A DNA stretch of 32,000 nucleotides from Aliivibrio fischeri ES114 (GCF_000011805.1 NC_006841.2); one strand, 5' to 3'; numbered from the stretch's first letter, positions 1 through 11,405 are shown. Notes: generated from the letters alone by a model not told the origin. Program-made: numbers and translations.

Positions 1-93
1 AAGATCGAAAAAACTTGGATCTAATTCGCTATGTTCATTAAGCAGTGTGCCGTCCATATCAGCAGCAATAAATTTTACGTTATGTTTTTGCAT
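1..93 (-). CDS. HAD-superfamily (Cof-type-like) hydrolase; only the N-terminal 31 codons are present and the gene runs off the left edge
   Basis: The reverse complement of 1..93 starts with ATG (91..93) and reads MQKHNVKFIAADMDGTLLNEHSELDPSFFDL, open to base 1. It contains HAD motif I, DxDGTL (DMDGTLL). It is missing from the ORF track because it is truncated. Confidence 0.55.
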   Translation of the reverse strand, partial: MQKHNVKFIAADMDGTLLNEHSELDPSFFDL

Positions 94-189
94 TAATTGG
101 TACTCAGAGATAATTTAAATTCAATAAACACCCAGAAGTATATACTGTTCAGGACGTTACACCGAACAACTCCACCGTAAAATGAGAGG

Positions 190-1152
190 CTACTGCCCCT
201 TTTTTACTGGATATAAAGAGGCAAAATTTGGGATATGTTGCTCCCAAAGAGGAGGATGACCAATATGCTTTTGCACGGCACTAATGAACTCTCTAACCAA
301 TGCGGTCTGTTTTCGATGCGGATAAAGTGCGTATATTGCTAAGCCTTGATTACATAATGGGTAATCCGTAAGTAACGTTGTTAATCCCATGCTTTCGATA
401 GAACGCTCAAGGTTTGATGAAGCCACCACGGCATAACCTAAACCATCTTGAACGGCTGACAATAAGGTTCGAACATCATTTACCTTATAATTACCTTTCA
501 TTTTATAGCTTTTAAATTGAGATGAATCTGGGCTTTCACCTAATCGAACGGTATCTACCGTTAATGTGCCATTGCTGTAAATAACAGAGGGTAAGTTTAC
601 CAATTCTTCTGGTGTACTTGGCTCTCCAAAGCGTTCAATAAGTGAATGTGAAGCGAGGATCACCCCTCGAATATCTGCCACTTTTTTCGCTATCAAACTT
701 GAATCATCTAATCGACCTAATCGAAAAGCGACATCAAAGTGCTCTGAAATGATATCGGAGCGCTTATCATCCATCATCAGAACTACCTCAACATCTGGAT
801 AAGTGGTCATAAACTGACTAATAACAGGTTGTAAATACCCTTGCCCAATATGCAATGGAGCTGTAATTCTAATTCGCCCTTTTGGTACTGCTTGATATGA
901 GTCTGCAATGGATTTCACGTTATCTAATGAGCCAACTAACTGATACGCTTGCTCTAAGATCTCTTCGCCTGCTGGTGTTAATGAGAAAGTACGAGTCGAG
1001 CGGTTAAGTAACTGAACACCTAGCTCTGCTTCTAATTTTTTGATCTGTTTTGAAAGCGCAGAATTATCCATATCATGCAATGCGGCCGCTTTAGTGAATG
1101 AGCCTTGTTGCACCACATCGATAAATAGAGAAAGTTGATTAACCAGAGACAT
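190..1152 (-). CDS. LysR-family transcriptional regulator
   Basis: 320-aa ORF. The N-terminal winged-HTH segment (FIDVVQQGSFTKAAALHDMDNSALSKQIKKLEAELGVQLLNRSTR) is typical of LTTRs, and the C-terminal substrate-binding fold has the usual length. It lies downstream of the RND operon on the same strand. Confidence 0.9.
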   Translation of the reverse strand: MSLVNQLSLFIDVVQQGSFTKAAALHDMDNSALSKQIKKLEAELGVQLLNRSTRTFSLTPAGEEILEQAYQLVGSLDNVKSIADSYQAVPKGRIRITAPLHIGQGYLQPVISQFMTTYPDVEVVLMMDDKRSDIISEHFDVAFRLGRLDDSSLIAKKVADIRGVILASHSLIERFGEPSTPEELVNLPSVIYSNGTLTVDTVRLGESPDSSQFKSYKMKGNYKVNDVRTLLSAVQDGLGYAVVASSNLERSIESMGLTTLLTDYPLCNQGLAIYALYPHRKQTALVREFISAVQKHIGHPPLWEQHIPNFASLYPVKKGQ

Positions 1153-1275
1153 ACCTTTACCTAAAACACCCGTCGATTTGATTTAAAGTGAAACCAATCC
1201 AAATACATTGTGATATTAAACCTTAATTTTAGTGCGAATACGAAAATTATTCAGACTATTCGGTTATGGTACGTA

Positions 1276-1300
1276 TAAAAAAGGAGCCACGAAGGCCCCT
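1276..1300 (-). terminator. Rho-independent terminator after the RND permease gene
   Basis: The minus strand reads GGGGCC-TTCG-TGGCTCC followed by TTTTTT. This is a 6-bp stem with one G.U pair and a TTCG loop, starting 45 nt after the stop at 1345. Confidence 0.55.
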
Positions 1301-1344
1301 TTGAATTTATATTTAATCGCTTAATGCGTTAGCTTCTTGCCAAA

Positions 1345-4300
1345 TTACTCATCGTCTAAAGGAATAAGTTTGGTGCTTCCGCCGTGCAGCTTTTCACGAC
1401 GACGTTGTACCATTGCATAGAAGCCAGGGATAAGTAGCGTACCCACTAATAACACACACAGTAGGCCACCAATCAACGACACACCCAATGAGTTTTGGCT
1501 GATGTAGCCTGCACCCGATGCAAACACAAGCGGTAAGATACCCAAGATAAACGACCACGATGTCATGTTTACCGCACGGAATCGTAATCGACCACCGTTT
1601 ACTGACGCATCATCTAAGCCCACTTCTTTCTCTTCACGCTCATTTTTCGCAAATTCAACAATCAAAATGGCATTTTTGGCGGCCAATGCGATTAAAAGAA
1701 CCAAACCAATTTGTGCGTATAAATTCAACGGCATCCCCGTTAAATTAAGCGCAAGGAAGGAGCCAAAGGTTGCCACTGGCACCACAAGAATAATCGCAAG
1801 AGGAATACTCCAACTCTCGTATTGTGCCACCATGAATAGATAGATAAAGATCAGCGCTAGCGCAAACGCATAAATCGCTTGGTTACCCGCTTTCACTTCT
1901 TGATACGCCATACCAGTCCATTCATATTGGTAACCATGTGGAAGCACTTCAGCTGCAACACGTTCCATCGCTGCAATGGCATCACCACTTGAATACCCAG
2001 CCGCTGGCTGTCCTTGGATCACAGCTGAACGATACATGTTGTAACGCCACGCTACATCAGGTTCAAATACCGTGTCATAAGTGACTAATGTACTTAATGG
2101 CACCATTTGCCCCGAGCTTGCACGAACGTGGAATTTATCCAAATCATCCATGCTGCTACGATACTGCCCATCTGCTTGCATCGTAACTCGGAAGTTCTTA
2201 CCAAACATAGTAAAGTCATTCACGTACATTGAACCTAAGTTACCTTGCAGTGTTTGGAAAATAGAGCCTAATGACACGCCTAATTGTTTTGCTTTTTCAC
2301 GGTCAATATCCACATAGTAGTGTGGAACATTGGCACGGAACGTACTGAATGTATATTGAATTTCAGGCTGTTGATTGGCGGTTTGAATCACTTGATTCAT
2401 AACATTAGCCAAATCAGTACGACTACGACCTAAGGTATCTTCAAGAACAAATTCAAAACCAGACGCTGCCCCCATTCCCGGAACCGCTGGTGCACCCATT
2501 GCAAAAATAACGGCTTCTGGTAACTCCATCGCTGCACGCCCGTTAATGCGGTTGGTAATTGCAAATGAAGAGTTATCTCCATCCATGTCATTACGCTCAC
2601 CCCAAGGCTTTAATTTCACAAACAGTGACGCACCATTTGATGCTGCCGCACCTGTTAAAAACGCATAACCATTGGCGACGGTAACCCCATCAACACCTTG
2701 CTCTTGCTCTATGATTTCAAGCACTTTGGCAGATACCTCTTCAGTACGAGAAAGTGACGCTGAATCAGGTAGTTGAACGTTAACCAGTAAAATACCCTTA
2801 TCTTCTTGTGGTACAAACGCCGTTGATGTGGTCTTTGCAAAGAAGGTTACTGCACCTAAAGCAATCACAAAGAATGTCATCAGGATCATGGTTTTTCGTA
2901 CAAAGAAACCAGCAATCTCACCGTATTTATCCGTTACTTTATCTAAACCACGGTTAAAGGCTTTAAACCAACGAGCCGTATTATCCCCTCCCCGTTTTAG
3001 AACCAGAGAACACAATGCTGGCGACAGTGTCAGTGCATTAATGGATGAAATAATTACCGCAATACAGATGGTTAATGCGAACTGACGATACATGATGCCA
3101 GTAATACCCGGAAGCATGGCAACAGGAATAAATACCGCAAGCAGTACAAGAGTAGAAGTAATGATTGGGCCTGTTACTTCTTTCATCGCAATTAGAGTGG
3201 CTTTTCTTGGGCTTAATGAAGGATCACGCTTCATAATAGTATCGACGTTTTCAATAACCAAAATGGCATCATCCACCACAATACCAATGGCAAGAATAAG
3301 ACCAAATAACGTCACGGTATTAATGGTAAACCCTGTCATAAGCATGACAGCAAAGGTACCAATTAAGGATACTGGAATAGCTACAACTGGAATTAACGTC
3401 GCACGAGCACTGCCTAAGAACAGATACGTTACAGCAATAACCAATAGAATCGCTTCAATTAAGGTTTTTACTACCCCTTTAATGGATTCTGAAACAAACA
3501 GCGTAGTGTCATAACTGGTTTCATACGCCAGACCTTCAGGGAAAGTCGCACTTAGCTTTTCAAGCATCTCCATTACCGCCTTTCCACTCTCCAATGCGTT
3601 CGCATCAGATTGCAAAGAAAGCGTTACGATAGAGGCGTCTTTTCCTCTGAATTGACCATTACCGTCATAGAATTTCTTGCCTAACTCAACACGGGCAATG
3701 TCTTTTAAATAAACAGAAGATCCATCGTTATTTGCTCGAAGAACGACATTTTCAAACTCTTCAACCGACTCTAAACGTCCTTTCGTTACGAGGTTAAACT
3801 GCACATCTTGCGCACTCGCATAAGGTGCAGCACCAATTTTACCCGCTGCAACTTGTACGTTTTGTTCAGCTAACGCGGCATGAACATCGGATGTGGTTAA
3901 ACCTAAGTTGGTCATTTTATCTGGATCAAGCCAAACACGCATGGCGTATTCACCACCACCAAGCACACCAACTTCACTGATGCCAGTAACACGAGCCAAC
4001 TGATCTTTGATATTCAGATTTACGTAGTTAATTAAGAATTGATCGTCATATTTCCCATCAGGCGAGTAGAAGTTCAATACCATTAAAAGGTCTGGAGAAC
4101 GCTTCTTAACAGTCACCCCCACCATACGCACTTCTTGTGGCAATTTAGATTCAATCTGCGCCACACGGTTCTGAACGTTAACCTGTGCCATGTCAGGATC
4201 GGTGCCCACATCAAAGGTGACATTTAATGAATATGAACCGTCGTTGGCACTTTTTGAAGACATGTAAATCATGTTCTCTACGCCATTGACGGAGGTTTCT

Positions 4301-4497
4301 ATAGGGTCAGCAATCGCCTGTTCAACCACCTCAGCACTTGCCCCCGTGTAGTAAGCACTTACACTAACCGATGGCGGACTGATTTTTGGGTATTCAGCAA
4401 CAGGTAATACTGCTAATGCAATGGCTCCGGCAAGAGTGAGGATAATAGAAATAACCAGAGCAAATTTAGGACGCTGTATAAAAAATCGACTTAGCAT
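1345..4497 (-). CDS. RND (HAE1-type, AcrB-like) multidrug efflux permease
   Basis: 1050-aa ORF. The N-terminus [24 protein letters not shown] is characteristic of AcrB-family pumps. It shows large periplasmic loops alternating with hydrophobic TM clusters. The start codon lies 1 nt after the stop of the upstream membrane-fusion gene. Confidence 0.95.
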   Translation of the reverse strand: MLSRFFIQRPKFALVISIILTLAGAIALAVLPVAEYPKISPPSVSVSAYYTGASAEVVEQAIADPIETSVNGVENMIYMSSKSANDGSYSLNVTFDVGTDPDMAQVNVQNRVAQIESKLPQEVRMVGVTVKKRSPDLLMVLNFYSPDGKYDDQFLINYVNLNIKDQLARVTGISEVGVLGGGEYAMRVWLDPDKMTNLGLTTSDVHAALAEQNVQVAAGKIGAAPYASAQDVQFNLVTKGRLESVEEFENVVLRANNDGSSVYLKDIARVELGKKFYDGNGQFRGKDASIVTLSLQSDANALESGKAVMEMLEKLSATFPEGLAYETSYDTTLFVSESIKGVVKTLIEAILLVIAVTYLFLGSARATLIPVVAIPVSLIGTFAVMLMTGFTINTVTLFGLILAIGIVVDDAILVIENVDTIMKRDPSLSPRKATLIAMKEVTGPIITSTLVLLAVFIPVAMLPGITGIMYRQFALTICIAVIISSINALTLSPALCSLVLKRGGDNTARWFKAFNRGLDKVTDKYGEIAGFFVRKTMILMTFFVIALGAVTFFAKTTSTAFVPQEDKGILLVNVQLPDSASLSRTEEVSAKVLEIIEQEQGVDGVTVANGYAFLTGAAASNGASLFVKLKPWGERNDMDGDNSSFAITNRINGRAAMELPEAVIFAMGAPAVPGMGAASGFEFVLEDTLGRSRTDLANVMNQVIQTANQQPEIQYTFSTFRANVPHYYVDIDREKAKQLGVSLGSIFQTLQGNLGSMYVNDFTMFGKNFRVTMQADGQYRSSMDDLDKFHVRASSGQMVPLSTLVTYDTVFEPDVAWRYNMYRSAVIQGQPAAGYSSGDAIAAMERVAAEVLPHGYQYEWTGMAYQEVKAGNQAIYAFALALIFIYLFMVAQYESWSIPLAIILVVPVATFGSFLALNLTGMPLNLYAQIGLVLLIALAAKNAILIVEFAKNEREEKEVGLDDASVNGGRLRFRAVNMTSWSFILGILPLVFASGAGYISQNSLGVSLIGGLLCVLLVGTLLIPGFYAMVQRRREKLHGGSTKLIPLDDE

Positions 4498-4498
4498 A

Positions 4499-5617
4499 TT
4501 AAGACTCCGTGTTCTCTAACCGAACCTGAACTCCGTTTCTTACACGTTGCAATCCTTTTACTAACACTTGTTCATTGGCCTTAATTCCCGAACTGATGAT
4601 CACGCCTTCAGGTAATTGCTTGCCTAGAGTGACATTACGACGCTCTGCAATATTACCTTCGGTTAATACCATGACAAAATCGCCTTCTAAATCACTTTGT
4701 ACTGCACGTCTTGGAACCACTAAGACTTCTGTTGGCTGCTTCTCTCTAAGATTTACATTGATATGTTGACCAGGAAGTAGCGTATGTTCAGGGTTATCAA
4801 CCAAAGCACGCAGTGTTAATGTGCCGGTTGTTTTGTCGATACGGTTACCAATGAAATCGACTTTGCCAAGATGTTTATACTCTTTACCATTTTCAAGGTT
4901 CAATACCACTTCCACTTGGCTTGACGCCCCTTTTCCATCACCTTCAATCGCATCAATCCCCATCATCAAACGCTCACGTTCACTGATGGTAAAACGAGTA
5001 TGAATTGGGTCTAAGCTAACTAAAGTGGTTAACACTCCAGATGCAGGAGATACTAAATCACCAATGCTGGCTTTACTGTCACTAATTCGACCTGTGAATG
5101 GCGCTGTAATGGTAGTGTAAGATAGGTTAACTTGTGCCAACTTCAATTGCGCTTGAGCGGCCTCGACTTGCGCTTCCGCACTCAATAATTGCGCGGTTAG
5201 ACCATCAAATTCAGCTTGGCTAATATTGCCTTTAGGTAATAGATTTTTGCCACGATTAAAATCTAACTGGGCTTTTTTAAGCGCTGCATTAGCCTGAGTT
5301 ATTCCGGCTTTTGCGTTGGCAACTTGGGCTTCGAAAGAAGAGGGATCAATTTGGAAAAGCACATCACCCTTCTCAACCATTTGACCTTCTTTAAACTGGC
5401 GAGATTGAATATATCCTGAAACTTGAGCTGAGATTGAAGCATCTTCCATGGCTTCGATTCGACCAATGTAGGTTTTTCCTTGTTGGTACGAAATAGGTTC
5501 AACGGTGTAAGTTCCAACAAGTGGGGCTTGCGGAGCTCGTTGAGCAGTTGATTCATCACTACAGCCAACGAGTAAAGCTGTACTAATGATTGAAGCAAGA
5601 AGCATTTTGGATTTCAT
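4499..5617 (-). CDS. RND efflux membrane-fusion (periplasmic adaptor) lipoprotein, AcrA-like
   Basis: 372-aa ORF with a lipoprotein signal ([19 protein letters not shown], lipobox LVGC). It has a coiled-coil hairpin region ([31 protein letters not shown] ... [22 protein letters not shown]) and the HlyD/AcrA signature ITAPFTGRI. It is tightly coupled to the permease. Confidence 0.9.
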   Translation of the reverse strand: MKSKMLLASIISTALLVGCSDESTAQRAPQAPLVGTYTVEPISYQQGKTYIGRIEAMEDASISAQVSGYIQSRQFKEGQMVEKGDVLFQIDPSSFEAQVANAKAGITQANAALKKAQLDFNRGKNLLPKGNISQAEFDGLTAQLLSAEAQVEAAQAQLKLAQVNLSYTTITAPFTGRISDSKASIGDLVSPASGVLTTLVSLDPIHTRFTISERERLMMGIDAIEGDGKGASSQVEVVLNLENGKEYKHLGKVDFIGNRIDKTTGTLTLRALVDNPEHTLLPGQHINVNLREKQPTEVLVVPRRAVQSDLEGDFVMVLTEGNIAERRNVTLGKQLPEGVIISSGIKANEQVLVKGLQRVRNGVQVRLENTES

Positions 5618-5621
5618 AATA

Positions 5622-5669
5622 TAACCATTTAACTGTTGAATTACCTATATTCTGACAGTTAAATGGTTA
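5622..5669. promoter_or_regulatory. Perfect 15-bp inverted repeat (TAACCATTTAACTGT-N18-ACAGTTAAATGGTTA) abutting the start of the RND operon
   Basis: The arms are at 5622..5636 and 5655..5669. The proximal arm ends 4 nt from the membrane-fusion start codon (5615..5617). It could be a DNA operator or an mRNA hairpin over the ribosome-binding window. Confidence 0.35.
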
Positions 5670-5794
5670 AAATTATTAATCTAAATAAAACGAGTATGTT
5701 ACTGAATGTGTCTGTAATTTACGTTGATATTTATTGATAATAAAATAATTAATAAATTCTTTATTATCAACAAGTAACAATCAAATCTAAAAGC

Positions 5795-6760
<966 letters not shown>

Positions 6761-6801
6761 TTACGAGTAATACCAATCACAATCTGTGATCAGAAATAGC
6801 G

Positions 6802-6842
6802 AAAAAAAGAAAAAGGCATCGAGTGAACTGACACCCGATGCC
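6802..6842 (-). terminator. Rho-independent terminator after yibL
   Basis: The minus strand has GGCATCG (6842..6836), a 14-nt loop and CGATGCC (6821..6815), followed by TTTTTCTTTTTTT. It starts about 25 nt after the stop at 6867. Confidence 0.65.
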
Positions 6843-6866
6843 TTCTAAACTGAGTACACTCTATAA

Positions 6867-7223
6867 TTAGAATGCTTGTGGTGCATAACCTGTCATTTCT
6901 TTAAGGCCAAGCTCTTTACCTAGTGCTGTCATTGGGTGAACAACAACTAAACCACGAACTGATTTTTTAAGTTTACCCATATCAGCTTGTTCAGCTTTAG
7001 TGATTGCACGATTGAAAGCTAGGTTACGTACTTCAGTACCTTTATTACCTGTTTCAAACTGTTGCTTACCTTTAAGCTTTGTTAGTTTCTTTTCAAGCGT
7101 TTGAATTTCATGCAAGAATTGCTTAACGACTGGTTGATCATCACGCTTTTGCGCAGCCGCTAAACGGTGCTTACAACGATCTAAACGGTTATGAATTTTT
7201 TGCAGTTCTTCTTTTACACTCAT
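6867..7223 (-). CDS. yibL: YibL-family (DUF2810) ribosome-associated protein
   Basis: The C-terminal AITKAEQADMGKLKKSVRGLVVVHPMTALGKELGLKEMTGYAPQAF closely matches my recollection of E. coli YibL. I place the start at the internal ATG (7221..7223, MSVKEELQKI...), giving 118 aa. The 34-codon upstream extension in the ORF track would overlap arfB. Confidence 0.8.
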   Translation of the reverse strand: MSVKEELQKIHNRLDRCKHRLAAAQKRDDQPVVKQFLHEIQTLEKKLTKLKGKQQFETGNKGTEVRNLAFNRAITKAEQADMGKLKKSVRGLVVVHPMTALGKELGLKEMTGYAPQAF

Positions 7224-7309
7224 GAAATTACCTTTGTATTGAAAATGGTGCGCATTGACGCTAACTGGTAGTATACCCTCTATTAGAACAACGATCATAG
7301 GTTTATTAC

Positions 7310-7723
7310 ATGCTAACCATCTCAAACCAAGTCCAATTAGCCGATTGGGAAATTGAACTTACTGCAATTCGAGCACAAGGGGCTGGTGGTCAAAATGTAA
7401 ATAAAGTCTCTAGCGCCATTCACCTTCGCTTTGATATTAGCCGTTCGACACTTCCTGCTTTCTATAAAGAGCGTTTACTGAAAATGCGTGATCACCGTAT
7501 CACCAAAGAAGGTATTATCATCATTAAGGCGCAACAATTTCGGACGCAGGAGAAAAATCGAGAAGATGCCCTTGATCGTTTAAAGCAACTCATTCAATCT
7601 GCTACTGAAACTCAAAAAGCACGTAAAGAGACAAAACCAACACGAAGCTCACAGCATAAGCGTATGGATAAAAAATCGCAGCGCGGTCAAACCAAGAGCA
7701 TGAGAAAGAAGGTAGATTACTAA
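7310..7723 (+). CDS. arfB: Alternative ribosome-rescue factor ArfB (YaeJ), a GGQ-type peptidyl-tRNA hydrolase
   Basis: 137 aa. IELTAIRAQGAGGQNVNKVSSAIHLRFDI carries the GGQ catalytic motif. It has the basic C-terminal tail (KARKETKPTRSSQHKRMDKKSQRGQTKSMRKKV) typical of ArfB, and strong identity to my memory of E. coli YaeJ. Confidence 0.9.
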   Translation: MLTISNQVQLADWEIELTAIRAQGAGGQNVNKVSSAIHLRFDISRSTLPAFYKERLLKMRDHRITKEGIIIIKAQQFRTQEKNREDALDRLKQLIQSATETQKARKETKPTRSSQHKRMDKKSQRGQTKSMRKKVDY

Positions 7724-9639
7724 TGTATCAACAAACGTTAAAAGAAACATTTGGCTTTGATTCTCTAAGAGGCGGTCAACAGCAAGTAATTGAGAAAGTG
7801 CTAAACGGTCACTCATCTGCTGCTATTTTTCCAACTGGATCAGGTAAGTCTCTTTGTTACCAACTGCCTGCGCTTATTTTACCAAATCTTACCTTAGTTA
7901 TTTCTCCACTTTTGGCTTTAATGAAGGATCAAATCGCTTTTTTAAAAAGTAAAGGTATTGCTGCTGCATCAATCGATTCCACCCAAACAAGAGAAGAAAC
8001 TCAAGCCATTTTACAAGGCGTAAGAAACGGTGAAATTAAAATATTAATGATCTCTGTTGAACGTTTAAAGAATGAACGCTTTCGTCAGTTTATTGCTCAA
8101 ATTAATATTTCATTATTAGTGGTGGATGAAGCGCACTGTATTTCGGAATGGGGTCACAATTTCAGACCCGATTACCTAAAACTACCACAGGATCGCGAAG
8201 CTCTGAATATTCCTCAGGTATTACTTCTAACAGCTACAGCAACACCTGCGGTTATTGAAGATATGAGTAAAAAATTCGATATTGCTCAAGATGATATTGT
8301 GATCACAGGCTTCTACCGTTCGAATTTAGATATCTCAATCATTCCGGTTGAAGAAGAGCAAAAACGCTCAGCGCTGTTTGCAACATTAAAACAACGACCA
8401 GACCAACCAAGTATTGTATATGTCACGTTACAGCAAACCGCTGAAAACGTCGCTCAATGGCTGCAAAGTAACGGTATTCAAGCTAAGGCTTACCACGCAG
8501 GTTTAAAAAATGACGTCCGTGAAACGATTCAGTATCAATTTATGCACGGTGAAATAAATTGTATCGTAGCTACCATAGCATTTGGTATGGGAGTCGATAA
8601 ATCGGATATTCGACAGGTCATTCATTTTGATTTACCTAAATCTATTGAAAACTATTCACAAGAAATTGGCCGTGCAGGGCGTGATGGTTTACCTTCTTTT
8701 TGTACTGTGTTAGCCAACACCTCTGGCTTAAATGTATTAGAGAACTTTGTGTATGGCGATACACCAGACAGAGAAGCAATCCAATATGTGCTAGATGATA
8801 TTTACCAAGCAAATGAAACGTGGGAAACACAACTACTACGTTTATCTAAAGACAGCAATGTTCGTCAATTACCCTTAAAAACGCTACTCGTTTATTTAGA
8901 ATTGAAAAAAATCATTCAAGCTAAATACAGCTACTATGCCGATTATCGTTTTAAAACTCTTATTCCAGTAAACGATATTATTGCTAAGTTTCAAACGGAA
9001 CGTCAGCAATTCGTATCAACTATTTTTCAGTGTTCACCAAAAGCAAAAACCTGGCACACAGTCGATTTTGATGCTTTATGGATGGGATTCCGAGGTGAAC
9101 GAAAACGTGTAATCGCTGCATTAGATTATTTTAATGAACAAGGTTGGATAGAGCTTGAAAGTAAGCAAATGACTGAGGTTTATCAGGTTTTAAACAAAGT
9201 TGAAAGTACGCATGTTCTCTCTCAAGAGCAGCATCAACTATTCAAAAATAAAGAACAGAGTGAAATAAATCGAATTCACGCCATGTTGGATTTTTTTGAA
9301 ACCAAAAGCTGTTTAAGCCATGCCCTTGCTCATTACTTTGCTGATTTTAATGCGCCAGAACAATGTGGTCACTGCTCTGCTTGTCGATCTGAAGCTGCCG
9401 TTTTACCTCGCAGTTCATCTCACTTTATTGCTGATGATGAAAATGTAAAAGCATGGTGTCAAGAACTTCAAAACAGCAGCAAAGAGCCATTAGCAAATGC
9501 CGTTTTTGCACGTTTTTTATGTGGTATACCAACCCCATTAACCAGCAAAATTAGAGCAAATAAAATGCAAGGATTTGGGAAGTTTGAATCTCAGCCTTTT
9601 TTTGAAGTACTTGAATTAGTCGGAAAATTGAACGGATAA
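7723..9639 (+). CDS. RecQ-family ATP-dependent DNA helicase (non-canonical paralogue)
   Basis: 638 aa with motif I PTGSGKS, motif II plus the aromatic loop (VVDEAHCISEWGHNFRPDY), and motif VI QEIGRAGRDG (from 8659). A four-Cys zinc motif C-x17-C-x2-C-x2-C sits at 9310..9384. The ATG overlaps the arfB stop (TAATG, 7721..7725). Confidence 0.85.
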   Translation: MYQQTLKETFGFDSLRGGQQQVIEKVLNGHSSAAIFPTGSGKSLCYQLPALILPNLTLVISPLLALMKDQIAFLKSKGIAAASIDSTQTREETQAILQGVRNGEIKILMISVERLKNERFRQFIAQINISLLVVDEAHCISEWGHNFRPDYLKLPQDREALNIPQVLLLTATATPAVIEDMSKKFDIAQDDIVITGFYRSNLDISIIPVEEEQKRSALFATLKQRPDQPSIVYVTLQQTAENVAQWLQSNGIQAKAYHAGLKNDVRETIQYQFMHGEINCIVATIAFGMGVDKSDIRQVIHFDLPKSIENYSQEIGRAGRDGLPSFCTVLANTSGLNVLENFVYGDTPDREAIQYVLDDIYQANETWETQLLRLSKDSNVRQLPLKTLLVYLELKKIIQAKYSYYADYRFKTLIPVNDIIAKFQTERQQFVSTIFQCSPKAKTWHTVDFDALWMGFRGERKRVIAALDYFNEQGWIELESKQMTEVYQVLNKVESTHVLSQEQHQLFKNKEQSEINRIHAMLDFFETKSCLSHALAHYFADFNAPEQCGHCSACRSEAAVLPRSSSHFIADDENVKAWCQELQNSSKEPLANAVFARFLCGIPTPLTSKIRANKMQGFGKFESQPFFEVLELVGKLNG

Positions 9640-9721
9640 TTTATAAAGTGTGAGCGTGTTTACATTTCATCAACACCATGTGAACCCCATACGCTATAAA
9701 TGATAATATCATCCTATACTA

Positions 9722-11389
9722 ATGAAAATTCATTACTTGGGAAAAAGGATGATTGAAAAGTTTTTAGCGTTTTCAGAAAAAAAATCTGCTGTACATTTTG
9801 TGATCCCAGAAGATGCATCACTCACCTCTCCTATTGCTTGCTCAGACATAGATAATGCATTGAGTGCAATGGGAATCGGCCATTATTATCAATATCAAAG
9901 TAGTATTAATGAAATCATTGCTGCAATTAACAATGGCGATATTACCTCATTTAATAATGTCATGATTGCTCAGTGCTTGGATGCTCAACTCGTCGTTCAT
10001 ATGCAAGATGATGAAATGAAAGCATCAATGACAGTGACTGGAGCTTATGGCGGTCATCCTGTTCGTGGTCCTGAAATCATTCAAGCATTAACAGAAAATG
10101 GCATCACTAAAGGCGTGAAAAAGGAGGCTTTAAAAGTTCTCTTGCTCAAAGGAAAAGATCTTGCTCCGGGAGAAACCTACTCAGATGTTATTGCTGTTGG
10201 TCGTGAAGCCGTCGAAGGACAAGATACACAGTTTGAAGCCTTAGTACCCAATATTCATGAACGTGTACTCCAGCCACAAGAAACCGATGATGGCCATGTG
10301 GATATGCGTGATTTAGGTAATGTCATTAGCGTGAAACAAAATACGCCACTAATGAGGCGAATTCCAGCAACACAAGGTACTAGTGGCAAAACCATTACAG
10401 GAAAAATCATTACAGCAACACCGGGAACGGATACCCCTTTCCAAGTTTATCCCGGCTCATCTATTTCTCCTACCGATCCAAACTTACTTATCGCTGATAT
10501 TGATGGTACCCCATTAATCAATAAATCTGGCGTTGGTATTGATAACTTACTGACATTAAAAACCGTTAACGCTACATCTGGTCATGTCTCTTTTGAAGGC
10601 AGTATTTTCATTCAACAGGATATTGAATCAGGAATGAAAGTTACCGCGACAGGGAGCATTACTGTTGGTGGTTTTATCGAAAATGCGGAAGTCACAGCAA
10701 AACACGATATCACTGTCATGCACGGTATTATTGGTCGCCCAGTACAGGATGGAGAGCCTTTGACTTGCATCGTAAGCTCAGAAGGTACTATTACATCAAA
10801 ATTGGCTCAAAATGCCCATTTAATGGCTCATAAGGACGTTCATATTACGCTCCATGCTAATCACTGTTTGATTGAATCTTTAGGCTCTATTTTTGTTATT
10901 GATAAAGCAGAAAGAAACGGAACCATCAGCGGTGGTAACTTAATCGCAAATGGTGCAATTAAAACCGCTAACCTTGGTATAGAGGGGGGCGCATATACCA
11001 AAGTTCAAGCTTTCCATGATTTTGAAACTCAAAAAGAAGGCCTCCATTTACTTCAAAAGCAGATAAATGAAGTTAAAACCCAACTGATTAAAATCTCAAA
11101 TATTCAAATGGAACAGCAGCCAAGTGAATTGGCTGAAAAAATCTTACGTTCAAAAGAAAAATCAGAGCAAGATTTACAAGTTTTAGGTTCAAAACTTCAG
11201 CGAGAACAAATCACGTTTAATAATGGTTTAAAAGACAACACCGTTTTTGTCACCAACAAGATTTTCCCGCGAGTGGATGTTCAGTTTAATACACACCACT
11301 TAGTTACAAAGAGAGAATATAGCCCAAGTAAGATCTCTTATTCTGGCTATGAAATCGATGTCGAACCTATCATGATAAAAAAGAAATAA
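9722..11389 (+). CDS. DUF342 / FapA-family protein
   Basis: 555 aa. The central region has repeated G-x-I/V beta-helix-like turns (VTATGSITVGGFIENAEVTAKHDITVMHGIIG...). A coiled-coil follows (LLQKQINEVKTQLIKISNIQMEQQ...), then a C-terminal FPRVDVQF segment, the layout I associate with DUF342. The start is uncertain: 9722, or the in-frame ATG at 9749. Confidence 0.55.
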   Translation: MKIHYLGKRMIEKFLAFSEKKSAVHFVIPEDASLTSPIACSDIDNALSAMGIGHYYQYQSSINEIIAAINNGDITSFNNVMIAQCLDAQLVVHMQDDEMKASMTVTGAYGGHPVRGPEIIQALTENGITKGVKKEALKVLLLKGKDLAPGETYSDVIAVGREAVEGQDTQFEALVPNIHERVLQPQETDDGHVDMRDLGNVISVKQNTPLMRRIPATQGTSGKTITGKIITATPGTDTPFQVYPGSSISPTDPNLLIADIDGTPLINKSGVGIDNLLTLKTVNATSGHVSFEGSIFIQQDIESGMKVTATGSITVGGFIENAEVTAKHDITVMHGIIGRPVQDGEPLTCIVSSEGTITSKLAQNAHLMAHKDVHITLHANHCLIESLGSIFVIDKAERNGTISGGNLIANGAIKTANLGIEGGAYTKVQAFHDFETQKEGLHLLQKQINEVKTQLIKISNIQMEQQPSELAEKILRSKEKSEQDLQVLGSKLQREQITFNNGLKDNTVFVTNKIFPRVDVQFNTHHLVTKREYSPSKISYSGYEIDVEPIMIKKK

Positions 11390-11405
11390 TCCTCTTTCCT
11401 TCAGA

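Noticed and set aside
1560-3514. Plus-strand ORFs of 62-140 aa inside the RND permease gene.
   Set aside because: They are antisense to a 1050-aa ORF with unmistakable AcrB-family features, and they have no SD sequences or recognisable motifs.
4575-5598. Small ORFs overlapping the membrane-fusion gene: 4575..4769 (+), 4821..5003 (+) and 5299..5598 (-, alternate frame).
   Set aside because: They are embedded in a well-supported lipoprotein adaptor gene and have no independent signals.
5734-5770. An 11-bp perfect inverted repeat, TTGATAATAAA-N15-TTTATTATCAA, downstream of rlmF, considered as a terminator.
   Set aside because: The stem is almost pure A/T (one G:C pair in 11) and no clear U-tract follows on the minus strand. 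It could equally be chance symmetry in AT-rich DNA or part of the RND operon promoter.
7224-7325. A 34-codon N-terminal extension of the yibL ORF (MRWLACNKPMIVVLIEG...).
   Set aside because: The extension would overlap the arfB start and consume the divergent promoter. The homologous protein family is ~120 aa, and the internal ATG at 7223 gives 118 aa with a conserved-looking N-terminus.
8642-8830. Miscellaneous short antisense or out-of-frame ORFs: 8642..8830, 20652..20864, 27038..27247, 27625..27810 and 28461..28664.
   Set aside because: Each is nested within a longer ORF that has clear family signatures, and none has start-site signals.
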